Assembly: GCF_002441695.1 (NCBI RefSeq)
Contig: NZ_JXJW01000002.1
Location: forward strand, 64,060 to 88,059
Reading direction: 5' to 3'
DNA length: 24,000 nt
Source of the DNA: Pseudolactococcus piscium
Lineage (GTDB): Bacteria; Bacillota; Bacilli; Lactobacillales; Streptococcaceae
Shown: one piece after another, positions 14,879 through 22,148 of the stretch
Position numbering within the stretch: position 1 is the first letter of the stretch
How the letters are laid out: every line of letters begins with the position of its first letter
Made by a program: the position numbers and the translations under genes
Notes under the pieces: generated by a model
Told to the model about the DNA's origin: nothing
Seen by the model: the letters and a program-made list of their open reading frames with translations, nothing else
Databases searched by the model: none

Positions 14879-15739
14879 TTAAGCAGTCATCTTTTCAAAC
14901 TGATTAGGAGTTAAATATCCTAAACTTTGATGAATGCGTTTTGAATTGTAAAAAGCTTCAATATACCAAAAAATGCTTTGATAGGCTTCTTCAAAATTTC
15001 TGTACTTAAATTGGTAAGTCCATTCTCTCTTTAAATGTCCATGCCACGATTCAAGGGTAGCATTATGATAAGGATAGCCTTTTCTGCTAAATGAGTGAGC
15101 CATGCCATGATCCTCAACTAACGTTTGATATTCATTGCTTGTATATTGACTTCCCTGATCAGAATGCAAGATAATTGAGCTCGTCTCTCCTTGAGACACA
15201 ATAGCTTTCTTCAAGGTACGTTGGAATAACTTAACAGTCATATGTTTATCTAAATCCCAAGCAATAATTTGTTTAGTATAGCGGTCCATAATGGTTGAGA
15301 GGTAGCACCAGCCTTTGCTAGTTGAGATATAAGTAATGTCAGTTGACCAGACCTTGTTCTTCGCTATAGGTTCAGTTAACACCATATTTTGACGGTCAAT
15401 GGTGTTAACTGAAGTGTGTGCTGGTTTGAAGTTTTTAGTGACGAGGGACTTCAAAGAGAGCTCCTTCATCAATTTTTGAACAAGTTTTATGCCAATTTTT
15501 TCTCCCTGCTTAAGTAACAGTTGATGAACTTTAGGTGCACCATAGATAGCTCGATTCTATTTGAATAGCTGACCAATCTTCAAGGATAACTCTTGACGTC
15601 TTAATTGGGTTTTGGACGGGAGATGATTGATTCGTTTATAATAACTTGACTCTGGAACACCAAGTAATTGACAACTTAATCTGATATTGAGTGCTAAAAT
15701 TTGTATTGTTTGCGTCATATCCACAGCACTCAATTCATT
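14879..15739 (-). pseudogene. IS3-family transposase OrfB (DDE/rve domain) interrupted by one in-frame TAG
   Basis: The frame is open from about 15739 and is -1 relative to orfA, overlapping it at GAGAAAATGA. The only interruption is an in-frame TAG (minus strand, 15559-15557) in QLFK*NRAIYGAPK. DDE residues are visible in WSTDITY, HSDQGSQY and NATLESWHGHLK. Confidence 0.8.
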
Positions 15740-15990
15740 TTCTCTGCGAATATGGTCAATACTTTTTTTAAGATATCTCGTTCCTCTTTAACCTGTGTTA
15801 GCTGTCTTTTTAGTTCAAGATAGTCAGATTTTGATATTGAGTTGTCATTAGGCTTTGAATAGAGGTCAATCCATTTATAGATGGTTGCAGGAGATATACC
15901 ATATTCTTTAGCTAGATGAGCTACCGATTGACCTGTTTGATATAAGTCAACAATTGTTTCTTTAAAATCTTTTGAGTATCGTTTTTGCAT
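15730..15990 (-). CDS. IS3-family transposase OrfA (HTH DNA-binding, leucine-zipper-like C-terminus)
   Basis: 86-aa ORF, MQKRYSKDFKETIVDLYQTGQSVAHLAKEYGISPATIYKWIDLY... Typical IS3 OrfA. It resembles lactococcal and streptococcal IS3 members from memory (unverified). Confidence 0.85.
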   Translation of the reverse strand: MQKRYSKDFKETIVDLYQTGQSVAHLAKEYGISPATIYKWIDLYSKPNDNSISKSDYLELKRQLTQVKEERDILKKVLTIFAEKMN

Positions 15991-16139
15991 AGTTTCTTCC
16001 TTCTGTATAAATTATACAATATCGACTCTAAGATTTTAGGATAGCATCAATTGTACTTATAAATTTTTTAGAGAAAATACTTGAGAGGTTAAAAATATAT
16101 TTAGAAAATAAAAGAGTAAAAAAGGGTTTTAATAATATA

Positions 16140-16373
16140 ATGATGACTTTAACAGATTCTGAGAAAAGGATAGTTTACTTAATTTTTGATAATGATACGT
16201 ACAATTTCAATGTCTGGGGAGATGCATCCTTAACAAAATTAACTAAACTCGGTGTAATATATTCAAATAGATTAGGTGGATTGACTACAGGACTTTCTTA
16301 TGGCTTGCAGCCTATGACAAGACAGTATTTAATTGATAATTCTAGTTATTTGTCTGATATAAAGAGTAAATGA
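16140..16373 (+). CDS. Hypothetical small protein (77 aa), last island ORF
   Basis: ORF between the IS and the right end of the island. The SD is weak and distant. No domain recognised. Confidence 0.35.
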   Translation: MMTLTDSEKRIVYLIFDNDTYNFNVWGDASLTKLTKLGVIYSNRLGGLTTGLSYGLQPMTRQYLIDNSSYLSDIKSK

Positions 16374-16460
16374 AATTTAAGCTTACATTAAGCCATTATT
16401 TGTATACTGTACTTACCCCAAAATTAGTAACATACTTTTTTCATAATTACAAACTCCTTT

Positions 16461-16496
16461 AAAAAAACATCTTGATGTGAATTGAGATGTTTTTTT
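16461..16496. terminator. Bidirectional intrinsic terminator near the right end of the island
   Basis: AAAAAAACATCT-tgatgtgaattg-AGATGTTTTTTT: the stem ACATCT/AGATGT extended by A-U pairs. Confidence 0.6.
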
Positions 16497-16561
16497 GTTT
16501 CAAATTTAAGCAAACTTACGGCTTTCCAACACCTATTTTGATAGATTTTTGCTTTTATATA

Positions 16562-16581
16562 TGCTATAATAGCGGTATAAT
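16562..16581 (+). promoter_or_regulatory. Outward-facing tandem -10 elements at the island right end
   Basis: TGcTATAAT (16562-16570) and GGTATAAT (hexamer 16576-16581), 32-50 bp before the right direct repeat and pointing out of the island. Confidence 0.45.
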
Positions 16582-16612
16582 CAAAACAAAAATATAATTT
16601 TTTAAGTTCTAA

Positions 16613-16769
16613 TCTTACGGTATCGCCGCAGGGTTTATCTTCTACACAATCATCAAAGTAGCTAAAGGTAAAGCAAAAGAAGTGAGTCCAGTTATCTGGG
16701 TCATCGATGTGTTATTCATTTTAAACTTTGTTATCTTAGCAACCATTCAATAACAGATATTAAAAGCGC
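16613..16769. repeat. Right direct repeat (attR-like): an orphan copy of the permease 3' end
   Basis: 155 of 157 positions identical to 8574-8730. Encodes the same last 47 codons (SYGIAAGF...ILATIQ*) but is preceded by an in-frame TAA, so it is a non-functional gene fragment. Confidence 0.9.
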
Positions 16770-16809
16770 TATTTTGTTTAACTTAGGTTAAGTAAAGTCG
16801 CTTTTTTTT
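16762..16809 (+). terminator. Probable native terminator of the permease gene, displaced to the right of the island
   Basis: A long imperfect hairpin with outer stem AAAAGCG...CGCTTTT and inner stem TTAAC/GTTAA, followed by an 8-nt T-run (16802-16809). Confidence 0.5.
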
Positions 16810-16866
16810 ATTTTGTAGCAGTCATTAGCTGACTATCATACTGCTCCAGAAAAGGTGCTGAAAACG

Positions 16867-16901
16867 ACTTGATTTTGAAATCAAGTTAATCATGATATAA
16901 T
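16867..16901 (+). promoter_or_regulatory. 20-bp perfect palindrome plus extended -10 promoter upstream of the small membrane protein operon
   Basis: ACTTGATTT-tg-AAATCAAGT (16867-16886), followed by TGaTATAAT (16893-16901). Confidence 0.45.
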
Positions 16902-16998
16902 AGAGCTGTTAGTTTTTTTAAGGATAACAGATATGAAGTCTATTCATCGATATCTCAGTGTATCATGACACTATTTCTAAGGACAAGAAAGGACGAGG

Positions 16999-17118
16999 AT
17001 GAACAAGGGCATTCTGATTTTAGCAATTATATTAACAATAGGACTAGGATTTCTTAATCCTTTACTTGCACTGATAGCAGCAGGCGTTATTATTTTTAAG
17101 GTAGTCAAAGGGGATTGA
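16999..17118 (+). CDS. Small hydrophobic membrane peptide (39 aa, MNKGILILAIILTIGLGFLNPLLALIAAGVIIFKVVKGD); not in the ORF track
   Basis: AAAGGACGAGG SD directly before the ATG. The peptide is almost entirely one or two TM segments. It ends 4 nt before the next ORF. Confidence 0.45.
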   Translation: MNKGILILAIILTIGLGFLNPLLALIAAGVIIFKVVKGD

Positions 17119-17122
17119 ACAG

Positions 17123-17749
17123 ATGTTTTTATTAAAGGGGTTTAAAAAAATGTTAACGCTAAAGGTTGCCTTAGGCTGGTTAATTTTAGTGGCGGTTGGC
17201 TTCCTTGTGTTCTCAGTGATTAATGCCGGTGCTTATAAGCAGAAAGAGAATAAGCAATCATATTCTCTAGTTAAATATATTAAGCAAGCCAATGAGACCG
17301 TCTTTTTAAATGTTGGTGTGCAATCGATCGAGACGAAAGCAAACAACACAACGATTCCTTGGACTAAAATCGGCATTCCACTTACTGAGAAAAAAGCAGT
17401 CATCATCCTGAATTTTGAGGCAAAGTTAGGGATCAAAAAAGCAGTTGACGTGGCTAAATTAAGTGAGAACAGCTACAAGATTACAGTACCAAAGTATGAC
17501 GTGATTGGTATCGCTTTAGATAAAACAGCGCCTTATCAGCTATATGATGCGAGTGGTGAGTTGTTGAGCTACTCTACTTCTGATATTGATACAGGGGAAC
17601 TGGTCACAAAAAAATTGTCTAATGCTAAGCAAAAAGACTATTTGAAGCAGTATAAGGATCAAATGAATAATGCGGCAAAGGCCTACTATCAAGCACTATT
17701 TAGCGCAATTGATAAAAATATTAGGTTAACATTTTCCTTTGCAGAGTAA
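17123..17749 (+). CDS. Membrane-anchored hypothetical protein (possibly DUF4230-like)
   Basis: 208-aa ORF (alternative start ATG 17150) with one N-terminal TM helix (LGWLILVAVGFLVFSVI) and a soluble domain. The family assignment is from memory of the general architecture only. Confidence 0.6.
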   Translation: MFLLKGFKKMLTLKVALGWLILVAVGFLVFSVINAGAYKQKENKQSYSLVKYIKQANETVFLNVGVQSIETKANNTTIPWTKIGIPLTEKKAVIILNFEAKLGIKKAVDVAKLSENSYKITVPKYDVIGIALDKTAPYQLYDASGELLSYSTSDIDTGELVTKKLSNAKQKDYLKQYKDQMNNAAKAYYQALFSAIDKNIRLTFSFAE

Positions 17750-17805
17750 GACATATTAGCATGAGTTTAAGTGAATTTTCTAGTTTTTCTCATCAAATAG
17801 TAAGG

Positions 17806-17834
17806 CACTTGTAAACTTTAACAGGTGTTTTTTT
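17806..17834 (+). terminator. Intrinsic terminator after ORF 17123-17749
   Basis: CACTTGTAA-acttt-AACAGGTG is an imperfect hairpin, followed by a 7-nt T-run. Confidence 0.55.
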
Positions 17835-17842
17835 GATATAAT
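17834..17842 (+). promoter_or_regulatory. Extended -10 promoter (TGaTATAAT) of ispG
   Basis: TGATATAAT at 17834-17842, about 48 nt upstream of the TTG start at 17891. Confidence 0.45.
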
Positions 17843-17890
17843 TTAAGAGGTACGACTAGTAGTTGTCAAATAAAGAAAGTAGGTCGAGTT

Positions 17891-19024
17891 TTGACTTTAA
17901 CACATAGAAGAAAAACGCGCGCTGTCATGGTAGGCAGTGGCGAGAACGCAGTTGTCATTGGTGGCCGTAACAAGGTCATCTTACAGTCCATGTGTACGAC
18001 GAAAACACAGGACGTGGCAGCAACTGTCGAACAGATTCATCAGCTAGAGGAAAGTGGTTGCCAACTGGTACGTGTTGCTGTACCAGATATGGAAGCTGCC
18101 CTAGCGATTAAAGAGATTAAAGCTCAGATTAATATCCCTTTAGTGGCAGATATTCATTTTGATTACCGTCTGGCCCTTCAAGCGATCGAATCTGGTGTTG
18201 ATAAGATTCGGATTAATCCTGGTAACATTGGTCGTAAAGACCGTGTGGCAAAGGTTGTAGAAGCTTGTAAAGCACGTAACATTCCGATTCGTATTGGGGT
18301 TAATGCGGGATCTTTAGAAAAAAAATTCTTGCAAAAATATGGCTATCCAACAGCTCAAGGTATGTTGGAATCAGCGATTGAACATGTGGAAATATTAGAA
18401 GAACTAGATTTTCACGATATTATCATCTCTATGAAGGCATCAAATGTTGAATTGGCACTAGAAGCCTATAGATTAGCCGCAGAACGCTTTGACTATCCGC
18501 TTCATCTTGGGATTACAGAAGCAGGTCCCTTGTTCTCTGGCTCCGTAAAATCAGCAGCAGGCATGGGGGCATTACTCTCATTAGGTATCGGTGATACCAT
18601 GCGTATTTCATTATCTGCAGATCCGCGTGAAGAAATCAAAGTCGGCCGTGAAGTTTTGAAATCATTTGGTTTGATCGATAATGCAGCGACGCTTGTCTCA
18701 TGTCCAACCTGTGGTCGTATTGAAATTGATTTAATCCCGATAGCAGAAGAGTTAGAAGCTTATATCGATAATATTAAAGCACCGATAACGGTTGCCATTC
18801 TGGGTTGTGGTGTAAATGGTCCTGGTGAAGCGCGTGAGGCAGATATCGGTCTTGCAGGTGGTGCAGGTAAAGGTATGCTCTTTAAAAAAGGCAAGATTAT
18901 CAAAACAGTTGATGAAGCTGTCATGCTAACCGAGTTTAAAGCAGAGATAGATGCCATGTACAAACTGTTCCAGGAAACAGGTAAGTTACATTTAGATGAG
19001 GATTCTGAGACTGCTGAAGTTTAG
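17891..19024 (+). CDS. ispG: 4-hydroxy-3-methylbut-2-en-1-yl diphosphate synthase (IspG/GcpE, MEP pathway)
   Basis: 377-aa ORF with a TTG start. The N-terminus [12 protein letters not shown]...VIGG...[10 protein letters not shown] parallels Bacillus IspG. Fe-S ligand motifs CPTCGR and GCGVNGPGE are present. Confidence 0.9.
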   Translation: MTLTHRRKTRAVMVGSGENAVVIGGRNKVILQSMCTTKTQDVAATVEQIHQLEESGCQLVRVAVPDMEAALAIKEIKAQINIPLVADIHFDYRLALQAIESGVDKIRINPGNIGRKDRVAKVVEACKARNIPIRIGVNAGSLEKKFLQKYGYPTAQGMLESAIEHVEILEELDFHDIIISMKASNVELALEAYRLAAERFDYPLHLGITEAGPLFSGSVKSAAGMGALLSLGIGDTMRISLSADPREEIKVGREVLKSFGLIDNAATLVSCPTCGRIEIDLIPIAEELEAYIDNIKAPITVAILGCGVNGPGEAREADIGLAGGAGKGMLFKKGKIIKTVDEAVMLTEFKAEIDAMYKLFQETGKLHLDEDSETAEV

Positions 19025-19046
19025 GAAAGAAGTGGGTAGTTAGCGC

Positions 19047-20069
19047 GTGTCAATTTTATTGAGTATATTGGGGATCAGTACGACGATCACACTAATTACT
19101 GGATTTTTATATGTTAGGCAACTTAAAACGGAGTTACGTACTTTAAAAACGGGCTCACGTTTTATTTTGTTACTAGTCATGTCATTCATCACGATTAATC
19201 TCCTGTTTTTATTATTGAGATGGGATAAAGTATTAATCACCGAAGCTATCCTCGGGCTTATCCTATTGTTTGTTGGCGGGATCGTCTTATTTATTTTACT
19301 GATTGTTGAAAGTATCAAAGTATGGCGTTTGGAAAATCATAGTCTAGGGAATTTACTCCTGCCCTTATCAGTAATTGCGTTTTTCCTAATCGGTAGACTA
19401 ACGAATGCATTAGTTGTACTCCCAGAGGAATATGATTGGCTCAAATATTTTAGCGTCTTTTATGGCTTGTTTTTACCCTTCATGATTTGGAATTTTGTGG
19501 TATTTCTAGTGTCTAGTCTAATTTATGCGAAGCAAGCCCCATTACAAAGCAAGAACAAACAGTATTTTGTCGTATTAGGTGCTGGCTTGGTAAATGGTGA
19601 TCAGGTTGGTAAACTATTGGCTGCTCGAATTGAAAAAGCAGTCAGGTTAGCGCAAGCAGAAACAATCATCATTTTTTCTGGAGGACAAGGGGCTGATGAG
19701 AAACAATCAGAAGCAAGCGCCATGCGAGCCTATGCGGTATCAGAATTGCATTTTCCAGAGCATCGGACGCTGTTAGAAGATAAAAGTCGTACGACTTATG
19801 AAAATCTCGTCTTCTCATCGGCACTCATCCAGGAAAACCCCTTTTCTTTCTTTACCTCTGATTATCATGTCTTACGTGCAGCTATTTTTGCTAAATCGTT
19901 AGGCTTAGATGCACAAGGGTATGGTGGTAAGACTGCCCTTTATTATCGAATTCCTGCCTTTATCAGGGAATTCATCGCCATCGTTAATGCAAAGAAAAAG
20001 ACATATGCCATTCTGATTGTCTTGATGCTCATCTTACCTCTTATTTTCCTGCTTCTCTTTGCTGTGTAA
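19047..20069 (+). CDS. DUF218 (YdcF/SanA/ElyC-like) domain protein with N-terminal polytopic membrane region
   Basis: 340-aa ORF with a GTG start, 22 nt after the ispG stop with no terminator between them. Several N-terminal TM helices are followed by the DUF218 core (VVLGAGLVNGD, IIFSGGQGADEKQSEASAMRAY, TTYENL, FTSDYHVLRA). Confidence 0.75.
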   Translation: MSILLSILGISTTITLITGFLYVRQLKTELRTLKTGSRFILLLVMSFITINLLFLLLRWDKVLITEAILGLILLFVGGIVLFILLIVESIKVWRLENHSLGNLLLPLSVIAFFLIGRLTNALVVLPEEYDWLKYFSVFYGLFLPFMIWNFVVFLVSSLIYAKQAPLQSKNKQYFVVLGAGLVNGDQVGKLLAARIEKAVRLAQAETIIIFSGGQGADEKQSEASAMRAYAVSELHFPEHRTLLEDKSRTTYENLVFSSALIQENPFSFFTSDYHVLRAAIFAKSLGLDAQGYGGKTALYYRIPAFIREFIAIVNAKKKTYAILIVLMLILPLIFLLLFAV

Positions 20070-20088
20070 TAAAACGCTATAATAAATC

Positions 20089-20119
20089 GTATGGGAAATA
20101 TAGACCCATACTTTTTTTT
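20089..20119 (+). terminator. Intrinsic terminator after the DUF218 gene
   Basis: GTATGGG-aaatataga-CCCATAC followed by an 8-nt T-run. Confidence 0.75.
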
Positions 20120-20386
20120 ATAGAAGTGCACTGACAGCTATCCTGCAAGTTACTAATTCATAGCAAAGGGAAAAAACCTATACCGCCTGTTGCTTATTAT
20201 CCTGATATAAGAGTCTAAGGGCTCTTTTTTTGATTTAATCAGTAGCAAAAACCGACGTTTTGGGACGATTATCAGTTATCTAAGGGTGTCGATTAATGAA
20301 GCGCAGTGCAGTCATACCCTGATCAAATAAGAAAAGTCGTGCGCCTAAACGAATAAGTAGCTTGGAAAAAGGATTAAAGTGTCACA

Positions 20387-20399
20387 AAAACCGAACGAT
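20387..20399 (+). promoter_or_regulatory. PurBox-like PurR binding site upstream of purF
   Basis: AAAACCGAACGAT matches 12 of 13 positions of AWWWCCGAACWWT. Its centre lies about 77 nt upstream of the TSS predicted from the TAGAAT -10 at 20458-20463. Confidence 0.6.
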
Positions 20400-20457
20400 A
20401 GCTACTTGTTATTACTAAAAGTAGTGGAATTTACTATTTTTCACCAAATGATAAGTG

Positions 20458-20463
20458 TAGAAT
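20458..20463 (+). promoter_or_regulatory. -10 element (TAGAAT) of the purF promoter, with a poor -35
   Basis: It is the same TAGAAT hexamer as in the permease promoter. The -35 position reads TATTTT, which is consistent with an activator-dependent promoter. Confidence 0.4.
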
Positions 20464-20550
20464 AAGATACATGAGATATTTCTAAAGCTTTGATTGACCC
20501 AGTCAAAAAAAGTACCCTGAAGTGCCAGAAAATTAAAAGAATGGTGTAAA

Positions 20551-21978
20551 ATGACTTACGAAGTAAAATCACTTAATGAAGAATGTGGCTTATTTGGTGT
20601 ATGGGGCCACCCTGATGCAGCAAAATTGACTTATTTTGGTTTACATGCCTTACAGCATAGAGGGCAAGAGGGTGCAGGGATTATCGCAAATAATAACGGT
20701 CACCTTAAGGGACACCGAGACTTGGGATTGCTGTCAGATGTGTTCAAAGATGAGAAAAACTTTGACCGATTAGCAGGAAATGCGGCCATTGGTCATGTTC
20801 GCTATGCGACAGCAGGATCTGCCTCTATCGATAATGTACAACCCTTTCTCTTTAATTTCCATGATGCTCAGCTGGGACTTTGCCATAATGGTAATCTGAC
20901 AAATACACGCACTTTAAAGCGGGATTTGGAGTCAAAAGGGGCTATTTTTCACAGTAACTCAGATACTGAAATCTTGATGCATTTAATTCGTCGTGGCTTG
21001 TCACCGAATCTAATGGATAATGTCAAGTCAGCGCTTAACACAGTTAAGGGTGGCTTTGCCTACCTACTGATCACTGAGGATCGAATTATTGCTGCACTTG
21101 ATCCAAATGGCTTTAGACCACTGGCTATCGGCAAGTTGGCCAATGGGGCTTATGTCATTGCCAGTGAAACGTGTGGTTTGGACGTCGTAGGTGCGACATT
21201 TGTGCAAGACGTCTTGCCAGGTCAAGTTGTGACAATCGATGATGCCGGTGTTCATATCGATACCTACACAAATGAAGTTGATCTTAAAATTTGTAGCATG
21301 GAATTTATTTATTTTGCCCGTCCGGATAGTAATATCTATGGGGTGAATGTTCACACTGCCCGAAAAAATATGGGTAGACTGTTAGCCAAAGAGAATCCAC
21401 ATATCGAAGCGGATATCGTCGTGGGGGTACCTAACTCGTCACTATCAGCAGCGTCAGGTTTTGCAGAAGAATCAGGCTTGCCTTATGAGATGGGCTTGGT
21501 CAAAAACCAATATATCCAGCGCACTTTTATTCAGCCAACCCAAGAACTTCGTGAGCAAGGGGTTCGGATGAAACTATCAGGTGTTCGTAGTGTTGTTGAA
21601 GGCAAACGCGTAGTTATGGTGGATGATTCGATCGTTAGGGGAACGACATCGAAGCGAATCGTTGCCTTACTTAAAGCAGCGGGGGCAGCAGAAGTCCATG
21701 TTGTGATTGCCAGTCCACCGCTTGCCTATCCTTGTTTCTACGGGATTGATATTCAAACACGTCAGGAGTTAATCGCTGCCAATCATTCTGTAGCAGAGAT
21801 CAATGAGATTATAGGGTCAGATACCCTACATTTCTTATCAATAGACGGTCTTAAAGCTGGTATTGGCTTGGGAGATCAAATCTGTACCTCTTACTTTGAT
21901 GGGATTTTCCCGACCCCGCTCTATGATTATGAACATGACTATAATCTTGGCTTAAAAGAAAAAGTGTCCTTCTATTAA
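20551..21978 (+). CDS. purF: Amidophosphoribosyltransferase (glutamine PRPP amidotransferase)
   Basis: 475-aa ORF. The N-terminus MTYEVKSLNEECGLFGVWGH parallels the B. subtilis PurF propeptide plus the catalytic Cys. The PRPP-binding motif VVMVDDSIVRGTT is present. A PurBox lies upstream. Confidence 0.92.
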   Translation: MTYEVKSLNEECGLFGVWGHPDAAKLTYFGLHALQHRGQEGAGIIANNNGHLKGHRDLGLLSDVFKDEKNFDRLAGNAAIGHVRYATAGSASIDNVQPFLFNFHDAQLGLCHNGNLTNTRTLKRDLESKGAIFHSNSDTEILMHLIRRGLSPNLMDNVKSALNTVKGGFAYLLITEDRIIAALDPNGFRPLAIGKLANGAYVIASETCGLDVVGATFVQDVLPGQVVTIDDAGVHIDTYTNEVDLKICSMEFIYFARPDSNIYGVNVHTARKNMGRLLAKENPHIEADIVVGVPNSSLSAASGFAEESGLPYEMGLVKNQYIQRTFIQPTQELREQGVRMKLSGVRSVVEGKRVVMVDDSIVRGTTSKRIVALLKAAGAAEVHVVIASPPLAYPCFYGIDIQTRQELIAANHSVAEINEIIGSDTLHFLSIDGLKAGIGLGDQICTSYFDGIFPTPLYDYEHDYNLGLKEKVSFY

Positions 21979-22001
21979 GCAAGTGCGTAACTAAAGATAA
22001 T

Positions 22002-22042
22002 AGACAAGCGCCTCATAAACGAGGAAAGGCTTGTCTTTTTTA
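22002..22042 (+). terminator. Intrinsic terminator after purF
   Basis: AGACAAGC...GCTTGTCT is an 8-bp outer stem with an inner CCTC/GAGG stem, followed by a 6-nt T-run. Confidence 0.75.
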
Positions 22043-22134
22043 TTGTCAGGCGTCAGCAGATAAAAAGCTTGATTGGCTATCCTATCAGCTGTAAGTCAAA
22101 CGGGTCCGCTTTGACTGAGCAAGTAAGCTCAGTA

Positions 22135-22143
22135 TGTTATAAT
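22135..22143 (+). promoter_or_regulatory. Extended -10 promoter (TGtTATAAT) abutting the start codon of ORF 22149
   Basis: TGTTATAAT at 22135-22143. Only 5 nt (AAACT) separate it from the ATG at 22149, and no SD is present. Confidence 0.5.
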
Positions 22144-22148
22144 AAACT

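Larger units (their letters stand above)
14846..16033 (-). mobile_element. IS3-family insertion sequence (1188 bp), probably inactive
   Basis: Imperfect terminal inverted repeats match at 21 of 25 positions: TCTTAGAGTAGAAATAGTATAAATT (14846-14870) against the reverse complement of 16009-16033. orfA and orfB are arranged in 0/-1 frames, and orfB has a DDE transposase domain. No flanking target-site duplication is seen (AGT vs TTT). Confidence 0.8.
8574..16769. mobile_element. Integrative genomic island inserted in the 3' end of the purine permease gene (unique part 8731-16612, about 7.9 kb)
   Basis: Flanked by 157-bp direct repeats, with a tyrosine recombinase immediately inside the left repeat. 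Base composition shifts sharply: sampled 60-nt lines are about 17% GC at 10081 versus about 48% GC at 18001. The native-looking terminator of the permease sits after the right repeat. Confidence 0.85.

Noticed and set aside
20248-20259. Second PurBox-like sequence AAAACCGACGTT upstream of purF
   Set aside because: It lacks one A of the invariant CCGAAC core and lies about 220 nt upstream of the predicted TSS. It is too degenerate to call without binding data.
21880-21915. PurF C-terminal motif reads C-T-S-Y where B. subtilis PurF has C-x-x-C (two of its four 4Fe-4S ligands, from memory)
   Set aside because: This is probably a lineage-typical feature of PurF enzymes without an Fe-S cluster rather than a lesion. 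It needs an alignment that I cannot run, and the rest of the protein looks intact.
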